Below are positions 25,005 to 32,000 of a DNA stretch of 32,000 nucleotides, one piece after another. The DNA is from Erysipelotrichaceae bacterium (lineage in GTDB: Bacteria; Bacillota_I; Bacilli_A; Erysipelotrichales; Erysipelotrichaceae): contig OY760660.1 of assembly GCA_963663995.1 (NCBI GenBank), positions 150,001-182,000 on the forward strand, given 5' to 3'. Position 1 is the stretch's first letter. Every line of letters starts with the position of its first letter. The notes under the pieces were generated by a model. It was not told where the DNA came from and did no database searches. It saw only the letters and a program-made list of their open reading frames with translations. The position numbers were made by a program, and so were the translations under genes.

Positions 25005-25490
25005 ATGTCAGATAAGCGCATATCCATAGTGATGGGATCTAATTCCGATTTTAAAACAATTAAAGAAGCTCTACCATTGTTAGAGAAATTTAATGTAACT
25101 TTTGAAACTAAAGTGGTCAGTGCTCATCGTACACCTGAAAAAATGGTGGCTTATGCGAAAGCAGCTCGCGATGAAGGAATTGAAGTCATCATTGCAGCAG
25201 CTGGTGGTGCCGCTCATTTACCAGGAATGATCGCATCTTTAACGACCTTACCAGTTATTGGTGTACCCATTCAGAGTAAAGCATTAAATGGTTTAGATAG
25301 TTTACTATCCATTGTGCAAATGCCAGCTGGGGTACCCGTCATGACAACGGCGATTGGTGTAGCTGGGGCAAAAAATGCGGTTTTATCAGCTATTCGTATC
25401 TTGAGTGTCTCTGATCAAGATTTAGCCAAAAAACTAAAAGATTATCAATTAGAATTAATTGAACAAGTAGAAGCAATGGAGCTTGTATGA
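25005..25490 (+). CDS. purE: N5-carboxyaminoimidazole ribonucleotide mutase
   Basis: 161 aa with VMGSNSD, SAHRTP and AGGAAHLPG motifs. AAGGAGA SD. Confidence 0.95.
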   Translation: MSDKRISIVMGSNSDFKTIKEALPLLEKFNVTFETKVVSAHRTPEKMVAYAKAARDEGIEVIIAAAGGAAHLPGMIASLTTLPVIGVPIQSKALNGLDSLLSIVQMPAGVPVMTTAIGVAGAKNAVLSAIRILSVSDQDLAKKLKDYQLELIEQVEAMELV

Positions 25491-26578
25491 GCCAAACGCT
25501 TAATTATATAAAGATAGGAATCATCGGTGGTGGCCAATTAGGTCAGATGATGGCAAGTTCAGCAATTGAGATGGGATTTAAAGTATTTGTCTTAGATCCT
25601 GATTCTTCGTGTCCAGCATCTGCACTCGCAAGTCAGTTTATTTGTGCACCCTATAACGATGTTGCTGCTCTTAATAAGTTAAATGAGAGCTGTGATGTGA
25701 TTACCTACGAATTTGAAAATGTACCTATTTCAACCCTAATGGAAAACATTAGTCTATCTAAGTGTCCTCAAGGATTTAAAGCCCTTGAAATATCACAAGA
25801 TAGATTACTTGAAAAAAACTTTGCGAAAACGCTTAATATTCCAACGGTTGATTTTTTAGTTATTGATACACAAGAAGAATATTTAGCGATAGAAAATAAA
25901 GAAAACTATATCTTAAAAACGAGAAGATTGGGTTATGACGGTAAAGGTCAAGTCGATCTTAAAAGTAATGATGATGTAAAAATTAGTCATGAAAGTGGCT
26001 ATATTGCTGAAAGAAAATGTCTATTTGATCACGAAATTTCCATTGCGGTGACCCGTTTCAAAGATGGAAGCAGTGTTTTCCCAGTCAGTTTAAACACCCA
26101 CAAAAAAGGCATCCTTGCCTATAGTATTAATCCTGCACCTTTAACTGAAAAAGTTATTAAAGAAGCACAAGATTATACGATAAAGCTTGTTGAAGCACTC
26201 GATTATTATGGTGTTTTTGTGGTTGAGTATTTTGTTGAAAAAGACAAAATTCTCTTTAATGAGTTTGCCCCTAGACCACACAATTCATATCATGCTTCTA
26301 TTGAAGGTTGTGAGTTCTCACAATATGATACGCATATTCGCGCAATAACTTCACAGAAGAAAGTTGATCCTCATCTATTGAGTCCAACACTTATGGTCAA
26401 TGTTTTAGGGGATAACTATGATAAAGCATTATCCTTTGCGAAAGATTCTGCATATCCTATGCATCTCCATAACTACGGAAAAAAAGAATTAAGACTTGGA
26501 CGGAAAATGGGTCACATTACGATTTGTTGTGATGATCCACAAGATTGTATTGAAAAATGGGAGACTGAATTATGCTAG
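25487..26578 (+). CDS. purK: N5-carboxyaminoimidazole ribonucleotide synthase
   Basis: 363 aa ATP-grasp protein ([29 protein letters not shown]). ATGA overlap with the purE stop. Confidence 0.95.
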   Translation: MSQTLNYIKIGIIGGGQLGQMMASSAIEMGFKVFVLDPDSSCPASALASQFICAPYNDVAALNKLNESCDVITYEFENVPISTLMENISLSKCPQGFKALEISQDRLLEKNFAKTLNIPTVDFLVIDTQEEYLAIENKENYILKTRRLGYDGKGQVDLKSNDDVKISHESGYIAERKCLFDHEISIAVTRFKDGSSVFPVSLNTHKKGILAYSINPAPLTEKVIKEAQDYTIKLVEALDYYGVFVVEYFVEKDKILFNEFAPRPHNSYHASIEGCEFSQYDTHIRAITSQKKVDPHLLSPTLMVNVLGDNYDKALSFAKDSAYPMHLHNYGKKELRLGRKMGHITICCDDPQDCIEKWETELC

Positions 26579-29500
26579 TGTTTGTTGAAAAGAAACAAGG
26601 CTTTAATCAAGAAGCTTTAAGTTTAGAAAAACAATGTAAAGAACTACTTGGAATCGATGTGAAATGTCGACTCTTAAATGGATATGATGTTCATCATGTA
26701 GATGAAACTGAAATGCAAAGTGCCAAGGCAAGTATTTTTTCTGAACCACAAGTCGATCATCTATATGACGAATGTCCTGAATCAAAAGGAACCATCCTAC
26801 AAAAAGAACCTCTACCTGGTCAATATGATCAAAGAGCGGATAGTGCAAATCAATGTATGCGACTTCTCAAAACGGATAGTGAAGCGCTTGTAACAAGTTT
26901 TCAAGTTGTTTTATTTGATCGCGAATTAAGTAAAGATGAAAAAGAAAAGTTCCTACACTTCTGGATTAATCCGGTTGAATCAAGAGAAAAAATTGATGAT
27001 CAAGAAGATGAAGAACTAACGGTTTTAAGAGGTGAATTAGATAAGTTCTTAAATTGGACAGAAAAAGAATGTAAAGCATTTATAAAAGAAGAAGGGGCAG
27101 CGATGAACATTGAAGACTTCATGTTCATGCAAAGCTATTTCAAAGAAAATTTAAAACGTAATATTCGTTATACAGAATTCAAAGTCTTAGATACCTATTG
27201 GTCAGATCATTGTCGTCATACAACCTTTGAAACTGAACTTGAGACTATTCAAGTAGATGAAGGTCCATTAAAAACAGCTGTTGATAAACAACTCGCATCA
27301 TTTAAACAAATGCGAGCTGAATTAAATCGTCAAAATAAACCAATCACATTAATGGAAATGGCAACTATCAATGCCCGCTATATTAAAGACCCTCGAGTTG
27401 AAGATACCGATGAAATCAATGCATGTTCAATCGAGCTTGATGTTGATTTTGATGGTCAAAAAGAGAAGACTCTTCTGATGTTTAAAAATGAAACACACAA
27501 TCATCCAACTGAAATTGAACCTTTTGGTGGTGCAAGTACCTGTATTGGGGGAGCTATCAGAGATCCACTGAGTGGGCGTAGTTTTGTTTATCAAGCTATG
27601 CGTTTATCAGCGTGTGGTGATGTCACGCAAAGTATTGAAGAAACATTAGAAAATAAACTTCCACAAAGAATCATTGCCCAAAAAGCAACCCAAGGTTATT
27701 CCTCTTATGGTAATCAAATAGGTCTTGCGACAACTTATGTTAAAGAACTTTATCATGATTCCTATGCAGCTAAACACTTTGAGTGTGGGGCTGTGGTTGG
27801 ATCTGTTATAAAAGATCAAGTTACCCGACTACAACCTGAGGCTGGAGATGTCATACTTCTTATTGGTGGACGTACTGGTCGTGATGGGATTGGTGGAGCA
27901 ACCGGTTCATCCAAATCTCATACAAATAAATCACTTCATCAATCTGGCTCAGAAGTTCAAAAAGGGAATGCGCCAGAAGAGCGTAAACTTCAACGATACT
28001 TTGGACATCCTGAAGTTTCTAAAAAGATTAAGAAATCAAATGACTTTGGGGCTGGTGGTGTTTCAGTAGCGATTGGTGAACTCGCTGATTGCGTTATTGA
28101 ACTTGATCGTGTTCCAACGAAATACAAAGGTTTAAATGCATTAGAACTCGCTATTTCAGAATCACAAGAGCGAATGGCAATTGTTGTCGATGCGGCTGAT
28201 GTTGAATTTATGTTGGAAGAAGCACGTAAAGAAAATGTTGAAGCAAGTATTGTTGCGAGTGTTAAAAATGATGGGAAACTAATCATGCGCTATAAAGGCG
28301 ATGTGGTTGTTGATTTACCACGTGATCTCATTGATAGTGCTGGTGTTCGACAAAAAGTTAAAGTTGAATGTGATACCAATTATCATTCAACCATTGAAAG
28401 TAATGATTTTAGTAAAAAAGCTTTCTTAGATAAATGTGCTGATATTAATGTTGGTTCACAAAGAGGTTTAATTGATCAATTTGATGCATCAATTGGTGCT
28501 TCGACCCTTCATTTCCCATTTGGTGGAGCACAATTATCAACACCTTCAAATACATCATTACAAAAAATTTATCACCCAAGTAAAGAGAGTGAAAGTGCAA
28601 GTGTTCTAAGCTATGGTTTCATTCCAAAGTTAAGCGAAATAAATCCTTATATTTCTGCGCAAGCAGCTGTCTTAGAAAGTATTGCGAAAGTTATTTCAAT
28701 TGGTGGATCAAGTGAAGATATCTTCTTCTCTTTCCAAGAATACTTCCCTAGATTAAATAAAGATGCGAAAAAATGGGGACAAGTTGTTTTAGCACTGATG
28801 GGAGCTCATTCAGTTCAAGATGGATTTAAACGACCAGCCATTGGTGGCAAAGACAGTATGTCAGGGACTTTCAATGATATTGATGTAGTGGAAACCCTTG
28901 TTTCCTTTGCCTTCAGTTATTTACCTATTAATCAAGTTATAGATAATGTTGCGAAAAATATTGGATCAAAGTTATATCTTGTCGAAGCAATAAAAGCTGA
29001 AGATGGTTCATATGATATTGAGAAAACTAAAGATGTTTATTCAACTGTCCAAGAACTCATTCAAGGAAAACATATTCAAAGTGCTCACTTAGCAACTAAA
29101 GGTTTAGCAGTCGCAATGGCTGAAATGTGTTTCGGTAATGGACTAGGTGCCAATATCAAAACAAGTTTAGATGTGATGATTGATCGTCCTGCAAGTTTTA
29201 TCCTTGAATCAAAAGAAGTATTGATCATGGATGGTTTAGTAGAAATTGGGACTTTAAGTGATAAAGACCTCAATATCAATGGTGAATTGATTGAACTTGA
29301 AGAAATCTTTAATGCTTATGATCAAGCACTTGATTTCCTCTATCCACGCTATCATCAAGCGGATACTAAAGTGGTTGAAACTATTACTAGTGAGAAATCA
29401 TATCGCAAATATGAAGGTCCAGTTGTTGAACAAGTAAATGTGGTTATTCCAGTATTCCCAGGAACCAACTGTGAATATGATACACAAAAAGCATTTGTTA

Positions 29501-30231
29501 AAGCAGGTGCCCATGTTAAACAAGTTTTGATTAATAATTTAGATGCGAAAGGTTTAGAGGAATCTCTAGAAATGCTCGCTAAAACAATTGATTCATCACA
29601 AATCTTAGCTTTAGCGGGTGGCTTCTCCAGTGGAGATGAACCTGATGGTAGTGCTAAATTTATTATCAATGTCCTTAAGAACAAACGCATCAAAGAATCA
29701 ATTGAAAACTTAAGACAAAGAGATGGGTTGATGATTGGTATCTGTAATGGATTCCAAGCTTTAGTTAAATCAGGCTATTTACCATATGGTGAAAATGTTG
29801 AAATGACTGATCATGATGCGACGTTAGCACACAATAAAATTCATCGTCATATCTCAACGATTGTTAAGATAAGACAAAGTACAAATGCATCTCCTTGGTT
29901 ACAAAATGAAACAAATGGTCTAAGCCATTTAGTTCCTGTATCACATGGTGAAGGACGATTGATTTTATCGAAAGAAGCATATGATCGTTTAAAAGAAAAA
30001 GGTCAAATTGCTTATCAATATGTGGATGATAAAAATGAGGCCACAATGGATCCAAAACATAACGTTAATGGATCAGATTATGCGATTGAAGCTTTAATTT
30101 CAGAAGATGGACGTATCCTTGGAAAGATGGGACATACAGAGCGTTTAGCAAAGCATTGTTTCATTAATTCAATTGATGCACAAATGAATACACTATTTGA
30201 AAATGGTGTTCGCTACTTTAAGGAGGACTAA
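26572..30231 (+). CDS. purL: phosphoribosylformylglycinamidine synthase, single-chain (PurS-PurL-PurQ fused)
   Basis: 1219 aa with ETHNHPTEIEPFGGA, the synthetase core, and a C-terminal glutaminase with GICNGFQAL and HGEGR. ATG overlaps the purK stop (ATGCTAG). Confidence 0.95.
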   Translation: MLVFVEKKQGFNQEALSLEKQCKELLGIDVKCRLLNGYDVHHVDETEMQSAKASIFSEPQVDHLYDECPESKGTILQKEPLPGQYDQRADSANQCMRLLKTDSEALVTSFQVVLFDRELSKDEKEKFLHFWINPVESREKIDDQEDEELTVLRGELDKFLNWTEKECKAFIKEEGAAMNIEDFMFMQSYFKENLKRNIRYTEFKVLDTYWSDHCRHTTFETELETIQVDEGPLKTAVDKQLASFKQMRAELNRQNKPITLMEMATINARYIKDPRVEDTDEINACSIELDVDFDGQKEKTLLMFKNETHNHPTEIEPFGGASTCIGGAIRDPLSGRSFVYQAMRLSACGDVTQSIEETLENKLPQRIIAQKATQGYSSYGNQIGLATTYVKELYHDSYAAKHFECGAVVGSVIKDQVTRLQPEAGDVILLIGGRTGRDGIGGATGSSKSHTNKSLHQSGSEVQKGNAPEERKLQRYFGHPEVSKKIKKSNDFGAGGVSVAIGELADCVIELDRVPTKYKGLNALELAISESQERMAIVVDAADVEFMLEEARKENVEASIVASVKNDGKLIMRYKGDVVVDLPRDLIDSAGVRQKVKVECDTNYHSTIESNDFSKKAFLDKCADINVGSQRGLIDQFDASIGASTLHFPFGGAQLSTPSNTSLQKIYHPSKESESASVLSYGFIPKLSEINPYISAQAAVLESIAKVISIGGSSEDIFFSFQEYFPRLNKDAKKWGQVVLALMGAHSVQDGFKRPAIGGKDSMSGTFNDIDVVETLVSFAFSYLPINQVIDNVAKNIGSKLYLVEAIKAEDGSYDIEKTKDVYSTVQELIQGKHIQSAHLATKGLAVAMAEMCFGNGLGANIKTSLDVMIDRPASFILESKEVLIMDGLVEIGTLSDKDLNINGELIELEEIFNAYDQALDFLYPRYHQADTKVVETITSEKSYRKYEGPVVEQVNVVIPVFPGTNCEYDTQKAFVKAGAHVKQVLINNLDAKGLEESLEMLAKTIDSSQILALAGGFSSGDEPDGSAKFIINVLKNKRIKESIENLRQRDGLMIGICNGFQALVKSGYLPYGENVEMTDHDATLAHNKIHRHISTIVKIRQSTNASPWLQNETNGLSHLVPVSHGEGRLILSKEAYDRLKEKGQIAYQYVDDKNEATMDPKHNVNGSDYAIEALISEDGRILGKMGHTERLAKHCFINSIDAQMNTLFENGVRYFKED

Positions 30232-30235
30232 GGTC

Positions 30236-30955
30236 ATGGAAAAAGGCAAACAAATATACGAAGGAAAAGCTAAGGTTTTATTTGAAACTGAAGATCCAAA
30301 TCAAATTATTATCCACTTTAAAGATGATGCGACAGCTTTTAATGGTGTTAAAAAATCATCCATTCAAAATAAAGGCATTTTAAATACAGCGATTACAACC
30401 TATATTTATAACTATCTTAAAAAACAGTGGATTCCAACACACTTCATCAAAAATTTAAGTGATACTGATCAACTATGCGAAAAAGTAGAAATTATTCCGC
30501 TAGAAGTCATTGTTCGGAATGTTGTTGCGGGTTCATTATCTAAACGTCTTCAAATTGAAGAAGGAACTAAAATTGATCGTCCTATCTTTGAACTTTGTTA
30601 TAAGAATGATGAGTTAGGTGATCCAATGATTAATGATGATCACGCGCTCGCAATGAAATTATGTACAGTTGAAGAGTTAGAAACCATTCGTGATCTAACC
30701 ATGAAAATTAATAAAGCGCTACAGGAATTATTCGATAAAATGAATATCGTTTTAGTTGATTTCAAAATTGAATTTGGTCGTACTCCTAATGGCAACGTAA
30801 TTCTTGCAGATGAAATCTCACCGGATACTTGCCGTTTATGGGATAAAGATACGATGCAAAAATTAGATAAAGATCGTTTCAGAAGAGACTTAGGTAAAGT
30901 TGAAGATGCTTACCAAGAAATTCTTAAACGTCTAAAAGAGGTATGTGATGTCTAA
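30236..30955 (+). CDS. purC: SAICAR synthase
   Basis: MEKGKQIYEGKAKVLFET start with AGGAGG 9 nt upstream (the track's 30197 start lies inside purL). LEVIVRN and LADEISPDTCRLWD motifs. Confidence 0.95.
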   Translation: MEKGKQIYEGKAKVLFETEDPNQIIIHFKDDATAFNGVKKSSIQNKGILNTAITTYIYNYLKKQWIPTHFIKNLSDTDQLCEKVEIIPLEVIVRNVVAGSLSKRLQIEEGTKIDRPIFELCYKNDELGDPMINDDHALAMKLCTVEELETIRDLTMKINKALQELFDKMNIVLVDFKIEFGRTPNGNVILADEISPDTCRLWDKDTMQKLDKDRFRRDLGKVEDAYQEILKRLKEVCDV

Positions 30956-32000
30956 ACATGAGTCTATTTTTGATTTAGATAAAATGCATGAAGAATGTGG
31001 TGTCTTTGGTGTCTATAACGTCAAAGATGCTTCAAATTTAAGCTACTACGGCCTCCATGCTTTACAACATCGAGGACAAGAAGGAGCTGGGATAGTTGTT
31101 TCAGATGGTTCTCGACTTGTCAGTCATAAAGGTGAAGGCGCTGTTCGAGCTGTTTTTAGTGAAGATATTTTAAAATCATTAGCTGGAAAGAATTCAATTG
31201 GTCATACCCGTTATTCCACTCAAGGGGGTGGTGGTTATGTCAATGTACAACCATTCCACTTTAAACATGGTACAGGTGACTTTGCCCTATGCCATAATGG
31301 AAATATTGTTAATTCTGAAGGGGTTAAACGTAATCTAGAAAATAAAGGTTCTATTTTTCAAAGTACCTCTGATACTGAAATTTTAGCGCATTTAATTATG
31401 TTAAATGCAAAAGGTCATCGGATTGATGCGATTAAAGAAGCACTGCTCTATTTAGAAGGTGCTTTTGCCTTTTTAATTCTCACCAAAGATAAATTATATG
31501 CTGTTCGAGATCATCATGGTCTAAGACCGCTCTCAATTGGAACTTTAGATGATGGTTATGTGGTTGCTTCAGAAACCTGTGCTTTTGATGCGATTGGTGC
31601 CCAATACTTAAGAGATGTTCAACCTGGAGAGATCGTTACCTTTAGTGATAAAGGAATCGAATCTATGTTTTATTCAGAAGACTTAAGACATCATATGTGT
31701 GCGATGGAATATATTTATTTCTCTCGTCCAGACAGTGATATTGTTGGTTTAAATGTGCATCGTTTTAGAAAAGAAAGTGGTCGTATTTTAGCACAAGAAT
31801 CACATGTTGATGCTGATATGGTCATTGGTGTTCCTGATTCATCACTTTCTGCTGCGAGTGGTTATGCTGAAGAAACTGGGATCCCTTATGAAATGGGATT
31901 AATCAAAAATAAATATTCAGGACGTACTTTCATTGAGCCTTCTCAAAAACTGCGTGAAAAAGGGGTCAAGATGAAATTGTCTCCCGTACGATCAGTTGTT
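30948..32000 (+). CDS. purF: amidophosphoribosyltransferase (N-terminal 351 codons; runs off the right edge)
   Basis: Not in the track because there is no stop in the window. ATG 30948 overlaps the purC end by 8 nt. My translation MSKHESIFDLDKMHEECGVFGV..LQHRGQEGAGI..GHTRYST shows the Ntn Cys after a propeptide. Confidence 0.9.
   Translation, partial: MSKHESIFDLDKMHEECGVFGVYNVKDASNLSYYGLHALQHRGQEGAGIVVSDGSRLVSHKGEGAVRAVFSEDILKSLAGKNSIGHTRYSTQGGGGYVNVQPFHFKHGTGDFALCHNGNIVNSEGVKRNLENKGSIFQSTSDTEILAHLIMLNAKGHRIDAIKEALLYLEGAFAFLILTKDKLYAVRDHHGLRPLSIGTLDDGYVVASETCAFDAIGAQYLRDVQPGEIVTFSDKGIESMFYSEDLRHHMCAMEYIYFSRPDSDIVGLNVHRFRKESGRILAQESHVDADMVIGVPDSSLSAASGYAEETGIPYEMGLIKNKYSGRTFIEPSQKLREKGVKMKLSPVRSVV

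Noticed and set aside
1635-30055. Twenty-odd 60-130 aa ORFs in the track lying antisense to, or out of frame within, well-supported genes (e.g. 1635-1877, 1955-2209, 6675-6866, 7318-7875, 8581-8805, 10004-10774, 10970-11284, 12826-13059, 14396-14611, 16693-16887, 17117-17500, 21481-21669, 26603-26893, 27848-28286, 29085-29693, 29864-30055)
   Set aside because: Each lies entirely inside a gene with clear family motifs on the other strand or frame. I could find no SD for them. Their translations are low-complexity or Ser/Ile/Leu-rich, as expected from reading AT-rich coding DNA in the wrong frame.
1-32000. Mobile elements, prophage, CRISPR arrays, toxin-antitoxin or known defence systems
   Set aside because: I saw no transposase, integrase or recombinase-like ORFs, no terminal inverted repeats, and no regularly spaced direct repeats. 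The only repeats found are short operator-like motifs.

Overview
AT-rich, tightly packed chromosomal segment of a low-GC Gram-positive (Bacillota). The gene fusions (single-chain PurL, AroE-AroK) and several Shine-Dalgarno-less first genes fit a Clostridia/Erysipelotrichia-like lineage, but that cannot be proven from this window. No rRNA, tRNA, CRISPR array, transposase, integrase or recognisable defence gene was seen; this is metabolic DNA. Order of content: (1) minus-strand aromatic amino acid operon pheA(CM-PDT)-aroB-aroC-aroE/aroK fusion-aroQ (1-4784); (2) a small secreted protein; (3) a carbonyl-reductase neighbourhood with three aldo/keto reductases, a flavodoxin-like protein, a ZIP metal transporter and an orphan PLP decarboxylase + SDR operon (5334-11810); (4) pseudouridine catabolism, HTH-psuK and psuG (11864-13888); (5) a LicR-type PRD activator divergent from a cellobiose-family PTS EIIB-EIIC-EIIA + GH1 6-phospho-beta-glycosidase operon (13915-19373); (6) a self-contained two-gene operon of lysine 2,3-aminomutase translationally coupled to an octopine-type opine dehydrogenase (19953-22354); (7) glycerate kinase and a degenerate-GGDEF/LuxR regulator; (8) a guanine-class riboswitch leader followed by purE-purK-purL(fused)-purC-purF (24856-32000). 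Best candidates for undescribed biology: the kamA-opine dehydrogenase pair (predicted beta-lysine-derived opine), the GH1 enzyme whose acid/base Glu is replaced by Gln as in myrosinases, the decarboxylase-SDR pair, the GGDEF*-LuxR regulator, and the atypical riboswitch loops and expression platform. All homology statements rest on motifs read in the supplied translations and on my memory of reference sequences. No searches or computations were run.
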